A DNA stretch of 64,000 nucleotides, from the IMG/VR virus record IMGVR_UViG_3300028864_000019, positions 1 through 64,000 of that record; one strand, written 5' to 3'. The notes beneath the pieces are model-generated. The model made no database searches and was not told the DNA's origin. It was given only the letters and a program-made list of their open reading frames with translations. How positions within the stretch are numbered: the stretch's first letter is position 1; each line of letters begins with the position of its first letter. Source of the DNA: a virus. Shown here piece after piece: positions 20,254 to 30,600 of this stretch. The position numbers were made by a program, and so were the translations under genes.

Positions 20254-20997
20254 TTACATTCTCTCTACGTTAAACACATTTTCAGGGAATACTAGCACTT
20301 CAGATTCACTTCTGCCTTCTAAATAATCTAATATGTCTTTCACATTAACTTGACCTTTATATATTTTACCATTCTTACTAAATCTATTAGCAAACCATTT
20401 AGCAGTTTCTAAATTAGTAGTCCACGAATACGCTTTTTTATATGGAGTAGATTTACTATCTTCACCTCTATATATCGGGATAACGTCAGTATCAAATAGC
20501 TCTTTATCTGTTGTGTGATCTTTAAATATTTCTTCAACTAGCGTCCTATCTAAATTCCTAAATCCATATTCACTTGAAGAATAAATATCTATAAACACTT
20601 CATATTTTTGGTCATCTGGAATTTTATCAAATAATTTTTTATACCATTCAAATCTAAGGGGTTTATCTATAAGTATAAACAAATAGCTATAATCATTTTC
20701 TTCGAAACATTTTTTATGAGCTTGTGTTGTTTGTTCAATTCTTTTCTTAATTTGGAATGCCTCAAATGATTGTTTGCTTATTTCATAAATTTCAATATAT
20801 ACCGTACCACCTACATAGCAGTATGGGTGTAATTTACCTTCGACTTGGTAAAATTTATTAATATCCAAATTATAACTAGATATAACTTTTTCAAACTCTT
20901 TATTTTTCAAAACTTTTAAAGGTATTAATTGCAACATATTATTTGAGTGTGCCATTTCATAGATATTATTCTTAGTCATTGTATTCACTCCATTCAA
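20254..20997 (-). CDS. putative ADP-ribosyltransferase-fold protein
   Basis: IYRG, YSWTT, ESEVLV match R-S-E ART motif spacing. Confidence 0.55.
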   Translation of the reverse strand: MNGVNTMTKNNIYEMAHSNNMLQLIPLKVLKNKEFEKVISSYNLDINKFYQVEGKLHPYCYVGGTVYIEIYEISKQSFEAFQIKKRIEQTTQAHKKCFEENDYSYLFILIDKPLRFEWYKKLFDKIPDDQKYEVFIDIYSSSEYGFRNLDRTLVEEIFKDHTTDKELFDTDVIPIYRGEDSKSTPYKKAYSWTTNLETAKWFANRFSKNGKIYKGQVNVKDILDYLEGRSESEVLVFPENVFNVERM

Positions 20998-21051
20998 TTA
21001 TTAATATTATATCTAATTTCTATGTATCTGTCACTCTTAACCCTTAAATTA

Positions 21052-21101
21052 AGTATAAACTTTCCAATCTTGAAAGTCAATACTTCCTACATTAATTTGT
21101 T
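21052..21101 (-). promoter_or_regulatory. sigmaA promoter with repeated operator
   Basis: TTGACT(21080-21075)-17-TATACT(21057-21052); AACAAATTAATGTA 21101-21088. Confidence 0.72.
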
Positions 21102-21147
21102 AAATTATGTTTGGTTTATTAATTTTTAATCTTTAGTATTTTATTAA

Positions 21148-21669
21148 CTAATTTTCATCATTAGAATCTTTATTATCTTCAATTTTTTGTATTCTAAGTT
21201 CCAGCAAGTCTTCATGTAACCATTCGTCTGCTTTTAATGAAAAATCTTTATCATATTTTACTTTAACGCCTAATAATTTTAATGTTTTTTCAATTTCATG
21301 TGCTTTTAAGCTTATAATTTCTTTTAATTGAAGTGATCTTGTTGCTAATCTTTCATGTCTCATTCCTTCATTAACTTCTAAAGCTATTTTTATGTTTTCT
21401 TTGAAATCATTCGTAAATTTAATTGTACCTCTTATTCTCTCGTCAATATCTAATTCGAGTTGATAATTGATTTTCGTAAAAGTGCGATATTTAAGGAATA
21501 TTTCAGAACCTTGAGTACTTTCTTGGGTATAAATTTTAGTTTGCTCCCTATACTCTTTTACCAAATCTTCATAATCGTCTAATAATTTTATTTTTAGTTT
21601 TTGCTTATCTGTCTCCCAAAGCTCTATTACCTCGTCCATATCCATAGTTCTAAGTTCAATTGTTAACAT
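21148..21669 (-). CDS. hypothetical protein
   Basis: ORF track. Confidence 0.75.
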   Translation of the reverse strand: MLTIELRTMDMDEVIELWETDKQKLKIKLLDDYEDLVKEYREQTKIYTQESTQGSEIFLKYRTFTKINYQLELDIDERIRGTIKFTNDFKENIKIALEVNEGMRHERLATRSLQLKEIISLKAHEIEKTLKLLGVKVKYDKDFSLKADEWLHEDLLELRIQKIEDNKDSNDEN

Positions 21670-21782
21670 TATAAAAACTCCCTTACATTTAATCTTATAC
21701 TAAAGTATATGCAAAGGAGTTTCAAAAAGTACTATTTATTTTTTGTATATTAATTTATTTCTAGTTATAATTAGAATTTTAC

Positions 21783-22166
21783 TTAAACTAATAATCCTAG
21801 CAATTTATCTAATTCATTTTCAGTTATTCCTCCATCATACCATTGTTTATAAGCTTTTATATTTTTCAATGATTCAAATAAAATTTCTTCATAAGTCCAA
21901 GAATATTCATCTTTATAAGAAAGAATGTCTTCTTTTCTCTCACCACAATAACTCTTCTTGAACCCATTATGTAACATCCATTCCATTTTAATGTTATGTT
22001 GTTTTTCAGCTACTGTAGGTTCACAAAATTCTTGATAGAAAATCCCTGTCATTTCATCTTCATTTATATCAGTCTTAATTTGTTCTTTTACTATTTTAGT
22101 TGCACGTTCAGCTAAATCCCATAAATCTTTACTCATAATTATTCCTCCTTTCCTATCCAAGTACAT
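21783..22166 (-). CDS. hypothetical protein (likely start MSKDLW)
   Basis: GGAGG RBS before the internal Met. Confidence 0.7.
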   Translation of the reverse strand: MYLDRKGGIIMSKDLWDLAERATKIVKEQIKTDINEDEMTGIFYQEFCEPTVAEKQHNIKMEWMLHNGFKKSYCGERKEDILSYKDEYSWTYEEILFESLKNIKAYKQWYDGGITENELDKLLGLLV

Positions 22167-22624
22167 TCATATTCTTGTTTGAACTTATCCTTATTTATTT
22201 CTTTAGGATTTATCATATCATTCCATCTATCTAATTTTTCTTTATCACAATGAATTAATTCAGCATCTTCATCATATAAAAGTTCGCCTACATCTATGCT
22301 TTCAACAAATCTAATTTTTCTAATAGGTTCTTTCCTGACAGATAAAAATGTTATAGGTTCTATAATATCTTCTAGGATTTCTTTTCTGATTTCTACACCT
22401 TGAATCATATATACTATTTCAGGTTTATATCCTCTAGCGTTTTCATTCATGGTATGCTTTATGTAAATGTCATAGCCATTAATAGATATATAATAATAAT
22501 TGTTGAATTCCTTTCTATAATTGAATTTATAATTGTCTGGTATTTGTGAAATAATATATCCTAAAGCTTCATTAATATTACTTGTAAGAATAAATACTGT
22601 TCCTTTTCTAATCATTATTTTCAT
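22139..22624 (-). CDS. small protein resembling a degenerate terminase ATPase fragment
   Basis: ENARGYKPEIVYM (cf. NARGxRxxhhhhDE) and FKQEYECTWIG. Confidence 0.45.
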   Translation of the reverse strand: MKIMIRKGTVFILTSNINEALGYIISQIPDNYKFNYRKEFNNYYYISINGYDIYIKHTMNENARGYKPEIVYMIQGVEIRKEILEDIIEPITFLSVRKEPIRKIRFVESIDVGELLYDEDAELIHCDKEKLDRWNDMINPKEINKDKFKQEYECTWIGKEE

Positions 22625-22812
22625 CTCCTTTTATTCTGAAATTTCATCAGTAACATTTACACTATTCGTTATTCCTGCATCACTTATAATATCATGTATA
22701 TCTTTAGCAATGTCTCTTGCCTCATCCATATCATTTACAGTTACATTCACTTCTATTAATACTGAAAACATCATTATATCTCCTTTCGACTTCCAATAAA
22801 ACATTTATTTCA

Positions 22813-22990
22813 TTTACTCTTCATATCCTTTTATATAATTTTCCCATTTAATTGACCTACAATAGAGACTTAAACTTCCTTTAAGATGAAAATTATCTTT
22901 GCAATAATCACACCGACTTGTTCCATTATTTAATCAATCTTTATGTTCTGGACAAGAATTATATCTTTATCTTTTCTTTAATTCCACTTT
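22813..22990 (-). pseudogene. frameshifted small Cys-containing gene remnant
   Basis: AGGAG RBS then early stop; downstream frame reads SRCDYCKDNF..YIKGYEE; bounded by dyad sites 22797 and 23013. Confidence 0.35.
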
Positions 22991-23043
22991 ATAATCTCCT
23001 TTCTATTTTTCATAAAATAACATTTTTACTTGGTTTATATTAC

Positions 23044-23349
23044 TTAATACAATCTTACTTGATAATATTCTCTTAATTTCTTTATAGCCTTCTTTTCTAA
23101 TCTTGAAATTAATGCTTGTGATTTCCATAACATATTAGCAACTCCATACTGCGATTCACCTTCAAAGAATCTTAATCTTATAACTTCTTTTTGAATTGGT
23201 TCTAGTTGAGATAATGCTCTGCTTAAATCTAATTTTTTGATTAAACTATCTTCATAATTAATTTGTAATTTATCTATGTAATTTTCTATATTTACTTCTT
23301 CAAATACTTTGTTCATATATCCTCCTTTTAAACTTACAATTAAATCCAT
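23044..23349 (-). CDS. sigma-70 region 4 (SigF/SigG-like HTH) only protein
   Basis: ALSQLEPIQKEVIRLRFFEGESQYGVANMLWKSQALISRLEKKAIKKLR. Confidence 0.8.
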   Translation of the reverse strand: MDLIVSLKGGYMNKVFEEVNIENYIDKLQINYEDSLIKKLDLSRALSQLEPIQKEVIRLRFFEGESQYGVANMLWKSQALISRLEKKAIKKLREYYQVRLY

Positions 23350-23363
23350 ATTTGATTAACTTT

Positions 23364-23729
23364 TTATGACATCTGTTTTAATATTATATTTTTTGCTATT
23401 TCTGCCATGATAGTTATAGATACTGATTTTAAATTACTGGTTTCTTTCTTTACTAATTTCCATATCTTATCATCTTTAATATTTTCTAAATATTGATGTC
23501 CTCTAAAGGTAATTTCATGTATAAATTCAATTTCACTATCACTATATTCTCCAACAATTAATTCAACCTCTATCAGTTTGTCCATAGTATATCTTACTTC
23601 TTTTTCATTATATTTATTTATATTATTTTGTATATCATTTATATCTACAAAAACATCATAATCTAATGTATTTTCTAAATATAACAAAATATCTCTTACA
23701 CAATCATTATTTAATTTCATCACAATCAC
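23364..23729 (-). CDS. DUF2513/YjcQ-like winged-helix protein
   Basis: MKLNNDCVRDILLYLE..ITFRGHQYLENIKD. Confidence 0.8.
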   Translation of the reverse strand: MIVMKLNNDCVRDILLYLENTLDYDVFVDINDIQNNINKYNEKEVRYTMDKLIEVELIVGEYSDSEIEFIHEITFRGHQYLENIKDDKIWKLVKKETSNLKSVSITIMAEIAKNIILKQMS

Positions 23730-23785
23730 TTCTCCTTTTATAACTATTTATTACTTTCTTATAAAATCAACCTATTATTTCCTTT

Positions 23786-24319
23786 TTATACAAACATTTT
23801 GTCTAATCTTGACTGTTCATCTATCCATTTGCTTCCTTTATTTTTGTTTATATTGTCAATAGCATTTCTAAAAATAAATATATCATTACTAATTTGTTCT
23901 AATAGTTTTTTAGGTGAATTATGATTCCATCCACTTTTTACATTTTCAAATAATCCAGAATTACAATTTTCTTTAGCATTATGATATATTACAATATCTT
24001 CAACTTTTATATAAACAAATATATGTCTATCTGCTTCTTCTTCAACCCCATATGAAATATTACCCAAATTAATGTTAAATCTTTTTCTACTAATATTATA
24101 ATTTAATAAATTATAATGATACTCAAGTGTTTCATATGTTGCATATGGGAATTCTATAGTTAGTAGTTCTTTAAAATTTGACTTTTCTTTTATCATTTTC
24201 CCCAATGTTGTTAATTCGCTTATTATATTTTCTGGATTTTCTAGCCTTTCTGTTTTGTTGATTTTATTTTTTCTAAAAAACATTTCAATCTCTCCTTTTA
24301 TTAATTTATTAAAACCCAA
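23786..24319 (-). CDS. hypothetical protein
   Basis: ORF track. Confidence 0.7.
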   Translation of the reverse strand: MGFNKLIKGEIEMFFRKNKINKTERLENPENIISELTTLGKMIKEKSNFKELLTIEFPYATYETLEYHYNLLNYNISRKRFNINLGNISYGVEEEADRHIFVYIKVEDIVIYHNAKENCNSGLFENVKSGWNHNSPKKLLEQISNDIFIFRNAIDNINKNKGSKWIDEQSRLDKMFV

Positions 24320-24332
24320 TCAAATTAACTTT

Positions 24333-24728
24333 TTATCTGGACTTGTCTTCTATTCCTACAACTTCAACCTCATATTCACTACAAAATTCTTCTATTAAAG
24401 TATCAGAATACATACAATTATAATCAAACATATACCATTTGCTTAATTCTTGATTACTCCAATATTCACTCATCAGAATTAAAGTTTGTCGTTCTTTATA
24501 CCCTTCCACTATAACAGTTTCTATTAACTGTTCGTCTTCATCTTTAAAAGTTATTGTAGTCCCTACTGGGAGAACAGATTTCATTCCTTTTTCAAATCTA
24601 CTTATTATTAATTTCAATTCATCAATTTCATGCTTTATTTCTATTCCATTTTTAATATTTTGCTTATAGTCCTCTTTCTTTCGATCTAATGCTTTTTGAT
24701 ATTTTTCTAAATCGTTCATCTCTTTCAA
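24333..24728 (-). CDS. hypothetical protein
   Basis: ORF track. Confidence 0.72.
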   Translation of the reverse strand: MKEMNDLEKYQKALDRKKEDYKQNIKNGIEIKHEIDELKLIISRFEKGMKSVLPVGTTITFKDEDEQLIETVIVEGYKERQTLILMSEYWSNQELSKWYMFDYNCMYSDTLIEEFCSEYEVEVVGIEDKSR

Positions 24729-25120
24729 TTTCTCCTTTAATAATTAATCAATACCTTACCAGTTTATTTATAATCCAATTCCTATACTTCCTAAGATCAA
24801 CCTCAACACAGAACCTACAATCCCTAATGACAAGCCACACATTTCAATAATGAAAATTATAAGTAACATAAGGCATATCTTATCGAATATGATTTTAATA
24901 CCATCTATAACAAACTCAAAAATTGCTTTTATTATGTTCATAATTAAATTCTCCTTTGTTTTAATATAGTTCTATGTATGATGCAATCATCTTTTCTCCA
25001 TCGGCTTCACAAAGTCCAGTAACTTTAACTCCTGTTTGGTTCTGATATTGAAATGAATACCAATCCATATACTCTTGAATATCATTGAAGATTTTCTCTT
25101 GGACTTCTCTAATTGACATA

Positions 25121-25390
25121 CTACTTACCCTCCTCAGATTCATTTATTTGGTCAATTTGTCTTTTTACAAAATCAAAAGCACCAATATCTTCATCAGCAT
25201 CTTCTACATCTAACAATATAATATTTCCCCTGTATGTCGCTAAATTAAATCCCTCACCTTTAAATTTATATCTTTCATAATCAGCTCTCAGCACTTCATT
25301 TATTGACTTGAAACTTTGTAATCCTACTATAATTGAACTTTTTAATCCATCTTTTAATTCTTTATTCATCTTACATTTCTCCTTTATCAT
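25121..25390 (-). CDS. hypothetical protein
   Basis: ORF track. Confidence 0.68.
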   Translation of the reverse strand: MIKEKCKMNKELKDGLKSSIIVGLQSFKSINEVLRADYERYKFKGEGFNLATYRGNIILLDVEDADEDIGAFDFVKRQIDQINESEEGK

Positions 25391-25488
25391 TTTAATATTT
25401 TATACATTAATTTATCATTTAATTTTATTTTCTTCTAAATATATTACACCGAATATTAATACTGTCATTGTTAATGCAAATAGCCCAC

Positions 25489-25686
25489 CTAACACTCTTC
25501 TAATTCCTTAATTGTATCAAGTTCTTTTACTATTCTAGCGAGTAGAATATAGTCTTGTTTCAACCATTTATCGTTGTCTTCTTTTCTTTTACCTTCATCT
25601 AATACACAATCATATTGAATCCTTAAACCGATGTTAGAATTTATACAGTGCTTCAATTCTTTCAGTTCTTCTTTTGAAAATTCCAT
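25489..25686 (-). CDS. hypothetical protein
   Basis: ORF track. Confidence 0.65.
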   Translation of the reverse strand: MEFSKEELKELKHCINSNIGLRIQYDCVLDEGKRKEDNDKWLKQDYILLARIVKELDTIKELEEC

Positions 25687-25690
25687 TTGT

Positions 25691-26248
25691 TTATTCCTCC
25701 ATTAACATTAATTGTATAAATAATCCGACTTGTTTTTTTAAATCTTCTAATGTTCCATTGTTTTGAAAAATACAATCAAATTTGAAATTGTCTAAGTCTA
25801 TTTCTGACTGATGTTCCAATTGATCTTTATTAAGATCACTTCTTGAATCGTCACTTTCTACTCTCACAGATATAACATCGTCTGGAAACATAGCCTTCAT
25901 AAAATATATTTCTCTTCTAAATCTACAATCATCTATTATGAAATAATTAATTCCAAAATGGCTTAGTATTTGTATATCTTCAGAAATCCTATTTGGGTGA
26001 AATACCTTCATATTTAAATCATATTGGATTAATTCAGTTCCAATTTTTTGTAAGAAATTTCTCCAATATTCATTTTTAGTAACTCCGTCCCATCCTAATT
26101 CCATTGCATATTGTTTTATGTATTTTGCAAATAAAGTTTGTACTACTTTATTATCTAGTGACTTTAACTTTTGGTTAAGTATTTTTGAGAATTCACCTTT
26201 GCCACTTCTTGCTTTTCCTGATACTAAAATTACTTTAAACTTAGCCAT
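25691..26248 (-). CDS. P-loop deoxynucleoside monophosphate kinase-like
   Basis: SGKARSGK, FAKYIK, RNFLQKIGTE, IIDDCRF, HQSE. Confidence 0.82.
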   Translation of the reverse strand: MAKFKVILVSGKARSGKGEFSKILNQKLKSLDNKVVQTLFAKYIKQYAMELGWDGVTKNEYWRNFLQKIGTELIQYDLNMKVFHPNRISEDIQILSHFGINYFIIDDCRFRREIYFMKAMFPDDVISVRVESDDSRSDLNKDQLEHQSEIDLDNFKFDCIFQNNGTLEDLKKQVGLFIQLMLMEE

Positions 26249-26622
26249 TACATCTCACCTCCAACATAAATGCTATTATAAATTGCAGTCATTTTGTCTT
26301 TGACCTGAAACTTTATGCGTCCATTCCTATTTTGACTTGAATTATGTATATCTATTATTAGATTCCTTTTATTATCTTTTATTATTTTAAGGAATCCATA
26401 ATTTAATATGCTTCTATTTTCATTTACACTATCGGTACTTCCACAATAGTAACTTCTATTTAATTTGAAAGCAATTTCGTCATCTGTTAGGTTCTTATTA
26501 TCTCTTGTGGTATCCCTATATTTTTGAATTATATCTTTATGTACTGTTATAAATGGAAATCCATTTTCTTTTAACTTTTGTTTAAGTATGAATTTTTTAA
26601 ATACATTTGTCATTATTATCAC
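26248..26622 (-). CDS. hypothetical protein
   Basis: ORF track. Confidence 0.7.
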   Translation of the reverse strand: MIIMTNVFKKFILKQKLKENGFPFITVHKDIIQKYRDTTRDNKNLTDDEIAFKLNRSYYCGSTDSVNENRSILNYGFLKIIKDNKRNLIIDIHNSSQNRNGRIKFQVKDKMTAIYNSIYVGGEM

Positions 26623-26650
26623 TCCTTATATATTAATTTATTCTTATTTA

Positions 26651-26959
26651 TTAACATGGATATCCTTCATATAGATTACCTTGCTTATCAGTATAAAAAC
26701 TACCACTAACATTATGAGTTGAGCTATCGCAAACTATTTCTTCCCAATCCTCAAATCCATTATCTTTTAAATATTGTCCTAGTTCATCTTCCGTAATTTT
26801 TAAATAATTTAATGCTTCTTCGTTGGTTTCAAAACCTTCATGATTAGGACATCTATAAATATCGCCACTTTTACCATTGTTGTTACCATATATTATATAA
26901 TCTCTATTACCGTAACTATCTTCATATTCTAATTCAGCACCACAATATGTACATTCCAT
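26651..26959 (-). CDS. Cys-containing hypothetical protein
   Basis: MECTYCG..YRCPN..GYPC. Confidence 0.72.
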   Translation of the reverse strand: MECTYCGAELEYEDSYGNRDYIIYGNNNGKSGDIYRCPNHEGFETNEEALNYLKITEDELGQYLKDNGFEDWEEIVCDSSTHNVSGSFYTDKQGNLYEGYPC

Positions 26960-26976
26960 TTTATCAACTCCTCTCT

Positions 26977-27540
26977 TTATTCCTCTAATAAACTCATATC
27001 TACATATTTTCTACTAGCAATATAATCAGCTAAATGAACTAGTTTTTCCAATCTACTGTCAGGAACAGGTAAAACTTCATTACCTTCTTTATCCGTATTC
27101 CATTTACCCATATGAGTTTGTATACTAATTTGTATAAGACTAATTATTGATGAATAAAAACTCCATTCTTTAGATTTGTAAATATCAGTTATGAAATCAC
27201 AAGCTAATAAAGGATGTTCAGTTAATGTCTTACCGCTATCTTCAAAACCATTTTTAATTACATCATGTAATAAACAAGCTGAGACAATTATATCTTTAAT
27301 TTCTTCCTCATCTTTTACAAACTGTTCACATCTAATTAGATCTATTGCAACTTGTACAACTGCTTTTGTATGCCTAACAAGTCCCCCTTCACCTAAATCT
27401 TGTTTAGGATGATATTTACCACTAGAACTTGCAGGAATATGATAAAAATATTCTGGTGCTTTCTCTAAACATTCTATTATAAATTCTTTTAATTTTTCAT
27501 TTGATATATAATTTAATTCTTTCTCAAATACTTCATACAT
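26977..27540 (-). CDS. HD-domain phosphohydrolase
   Basis: ASSSGKYHP..GGLVRHT..LLHD..HP..HMG..VHLADY. Confidence 0.88.
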   Translation of the reverse strand: MYEVFEKELNYISNEKLKEFIIECLEKAPEYFYHIPASSSGKYHPKQDLGEGGLVRHTKAVVQVAIDLIRCEQFVKDEEEIKDIIVSACLLHDVIKNGFEDSGKTLTEHPLLACDFITDIYKSKEWSFYSSIISLIQISIQTHMGKWNTDKEGNEVLPVPDSRLEKLVHLADYIASRKYVDMSLLEE

Positions 27541-27689
27541 TATATTTTATATCTCCTCTTATAATTTATTGTTTAATCTTAGAAATTCAATTTTAAACTC
27601 TCTCATACTTCCATATACTCACTCATGCTCTGTTTTTCAAGCCTAACTTTCACAATAAAATCAGTATTTTATTTGATAATTATTATCAA

Positions 27690-28073
27690 CTACTCTTCTA
27701 AATACCATCTACCATCTTTTATAATCTCTCTTAGTGTTGAAGGTGGATATTTACTTGATAAAAAATGCAATAAACTATCTAAACATTGAAAACCTTCATT
27801 TGTTTGCGTATCACAGTTTTCATATTCAACTCTACATAATTTATTTGAATTAATAACGTCCATAAAACTTACTGGTTCTTGGACTTTTATAAACTTCATA
27901 TGTACATACATTTTTGTTAGTCTTACACTTTGTTTGTCATTTGGCTTAAACCAATTATACAAAACTCCATTTCTAACTTCAAAGTGTGCATCTGCATTTA
28001 TAAATTCTATTCCTTCAGGTAAATCGAATATTTCTTGTAATGTATATTCTTTCACTTGCTTGTCCTCCTTCAC
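27690..28073 (-). CDS. hypothetical protein
   Basis: ORF track. Confidence 0.68.
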   Translation of the reverse strand: MKEDKQVKEYTLQEIFDLPEGIEFINADAHFEVRNGVLYNWFKPNDKQSVRLTKMYVHMKFIKVQEPVSFMDVINSNKLCRVEYENCDTQTNEGFQCLDSLLHFLSSKYPPSTLREIIKDGRWYLEE

Positions 28074-28085
28074 TATTTATTTTAT

Positions 28086-28331
28086 TTAATTATACCAAAC
28101 AGTATTAATACAAAAATTCAATATATTTAATTCAGTTTGAAGCTTTTTATATACGTCACAATTATTTGTTTCACTAGCTTTTTTCATTAAGTCTTGTCTT
28201 TCTAAACTTCCTTTTTTAAGTTTCTTAGCTTCAGCTCTAAGTTCATTGATTACAAAATCATAGTTTTCTAATTGTTCTTCTATAGCTTGTCTTTTAGCTG
28301 AAAGTTTATAGAATGCTTTTATTTTTCCCAT
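28086..28331 (-). CDS. hypothetical protein
   Basis: ORF track. Confidence 0.7.
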   Translation of the reverse strand: MGKIKAFYKLSAKRQAIEEQLENYDFVINELRAEAKKLKKGSLERQDLMKKASETNNCDVYKKLQTELNILNFCINTVWYN

Positions 28332-28354
28332 ATTACCCCTCCTTGAATATTATT

Positions 28355-28612
28355 TTACAACTTTTCTCGTTGCTTGTCTATATTTATTTTAATTTGTTTT
28401 TCTATCCATCTATCTATTTCTTTCCAATGTTCATAGTTACACCATTGAAAATTTTCTATCCTCAAATTCTTGCTTAATTCATATTGTATAAAATATTTTT
28501 CTAACCATACTATAGTTGTTGAATTTATTTTGGTTGGTAATATAGCAAATCTCTTAGTTGTTTTCTTATCGCCAACTTTATGTTTTTCTTTTTCTTTGAT
28601 TTTAAATATCAT
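28355..28612 (-). CDS. hypothetical protein
   Basis: RFAILPTKI..VWLEKY. Confidence 0.7.
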   Translation of the reverse strand: MIFKIKEKEKHKVGDKKTTKRFAILPTKINSTTIVWLEKYFIQYELSKNLRIENFQWCNYEHWKEIDRWIEKQIKINIDKQREKL

Positions 28613-28626
28613 AATTCACCTTCCTA

Positions 28627-28902
28627 TTACTCGTTTATTAGATCTAATATAATTCTTTGACCACAATTCTTACAATATTTATCATCAGTCTCCACATGTT
28701 TCTTACATACAGGGCAAATATTTAAATCATTTTCATCAAATTGAATTGCTTTAGGTATTTGTTTTTCACAAGCTTTTTTAATTCCTTTTCTTTTAATTTC
28801 TGTAATATCTAAATTATCAATCTCATATAAATACATTCTTGTTAAATTCATAATTAATCCTATCCTTTCTAATTGATAACCATTCCCCTTAAAACACGTC
28901 AT
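28627..28902 (-). CDS. zinc-ribbon protein
   Basis: KQIPK..CPVC..YCKNCGQRI. Confidence 0.72.
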   Translation of the reverse strand: MTCFKGNGYQLERIGLIMNLTRMYLYEIDNLDITEIKRKGIKKACEKQIPKAIQFDENDLNICPVCKKHVETDDKYCKNCGQRIILDLINE

Positions 28903-29388
28903 TTATCTACATCTTAAATTAGGTACTGCCCCACCAGTTCTTTTTCCATCAGTTTTTATTTCGTCCCTTTTTGTATCTATAATTTCAATTCTTCCTTCAT
29001 CAAACCAAGTAGCATCATTATTCCTACTTTCTTTTGCAAATTCAGGTGATAATCCATAAGAAATATCTCCAGTTATACTAATTGATATTGTTATTATTTT
29101 CCCTTGGAAATTTGTTATCTTATCTTTTGCCAACATACCAAATTCATATAGTGCCTGATCAATATCATCATATTTATTACAAGAACTATTTTCTTCTAAT
29201 TCTTTATATACACCTTCATCTAAAAATTTAAGTGTTGGAGCATCTACCCATTCAGATTCTTTTCCACTTATCAACTCAACTCTATCACATCCAGTAATGA
29301 ATTTAGCTCTACCTTTTAAAATCCCCTCAAATCCTGTAACAATATCCTTACAATTATAACCAAATTCTAATTTTTTCATTTTAATCAT
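28903..29388 (-). CDS. protein with two tandem SH3-like repeats
   Basis: EFG..KD..T.F.G..ITG..W.D occurs twice. Confidence 0.7.
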   Translation of the reverse strand: MIKMKKLEFGYNCKDIVTGFEGILKGRAKFITGCDRVELISGKESEWVDAPTLKFLDEGVYKELEENSSCNKYDDIDQALYEFGMLAKDKITNFQGKIITISISITGDISYGLSPEFAKESRNNDATWFDEGRIEIIDTKRDEIKTDGKRTGGAVPNLRCR

Positions 29389-29456
29389 TCTCCTTTTAAT
29401 TATATATTTTAATCTTATTTAATCATTTAAACTATCACTTTTAAAATGACTTACAT

Positions 29457-29723
29457 TTAATCATGTTTTAAATAAATTTCATAATCTAATACTTTATAAG
29501 CCTCAGTTTCTCCACCATCCATATTCATTTTATTAACAATCTCTTCTATTGTATTACTTAAATAGAAATAACCTGTACCATCAAATCTAATCAAAGCAAA
29601 TTTTGACATATCCTCATTTATGATTCTTGGTAAACATCCTACTATGTAATATTTTTCTGTATAATTACTATAAACTATATTTCCTACTTGTAATTCATTA
29701 TTGTTGATTTTATTTAATTTCAT
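29457..29723 (-). CDS. hypothetical protein
   Basis: ORF track. Confidence 0.7.
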   Translation of the reverse strand: MKLNKINNNELQVGNIVYSNYTEKYYIVGCLPRIINEDMSKFALIRFDGTGYFYLSNTIEEIVNKMNMDGGETEAYKVLDYEIYLKHD

Positions 29724-29980
29724 AATTTTTTCTCCTTTTTTATTTGTTCTTTTAAATTATATTTAATTATTATTTGATTTATATTTAGTCCATTAGATAA
29801 TTCAGTATAAACTAAATTTAAAACCATAGCATAAGAGTTCGATGTTTTAATATTTATATCTTTACATAGTTTTTTTAAATATGTTTCTCCAACATTGAAC
29901 TCTTGTGATAATCTTTTAATAATATCATCATACATTATTAACTGTGTTTCAATCTGATATTTTAAATCTAAGAATCCCAT
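29720..29980 (-). CDS. hypothetical protein
   Basis: ORF track. Confidence 0.68.
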   Translation of the reverse strand: MGFLDLKYQIETQLIMYDDIIKRLSQEFNVGETYLKKLCKDINIKTSNSYAMVLNLVYTELSNGLNINQIIIKYNLKEQIKKEKKL

Positions 29981-30321
29981 TTTAATCTCTCCTTTTTATA
30001 TTAATTTGTTTGTCTAAACTAATATTAGCATAAACTTCCAATCAATGCAATAGTAATTCTATTAATTTATTTAATTATTTACATTTTGCTAATTGAAAAT
30101 AAATATCAACTTAAAATGCAAATTTTATTTGGATTTTAGCGAAAATTAAAAGGCTACAACCTAGTCATAGCCACATTCTTGATTTTTGTTAATTTACTAA
30201 AAACATTTCTGTCTTCATTAAATTAAGATACTTTATTTTCAACCTCATTTTTAATAGCTTCAATAATCTCTTCATTACTAAATGATACTATTATCACATT
30301 TTCATACCACCTTCTAATTAT

Positions 30322-30600
30322 TTATAAACTAATTGTATTCTCACATTCTATTTTAGTTACTCTAAAACCATAATTCCATTGTATTTCTTCTAAAAAATTA
30401 TCTTTTTCAATTTCATCACCTATTTTGCATTCTTTGATTACAATATCACAGATTTTATTAAATGCATCATTGGTTATGTATTGATCATTTAAAAGATATA
30501 TAATCTCACTTGTCTTTTCTTTTTGTAAAATTAATTTATATAAATACATATAACCACACCCTTTCAAATCCCATATTACTATTATACCATTAATTTGCAA
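30322..30600 (-). CDS. hypothetical protein (likely start MYLYKL)
   Basis: ORF track. Confidence 0.6.
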   Translation of the reverse strand: MQINGIIVIWDLKGCGYMYLYKLILQKEKTSEIIYLLNDQYITNDAFNKICDIVIKECKIGDEIEKDNFLEEIQWNYGFRVTKIECENTISL

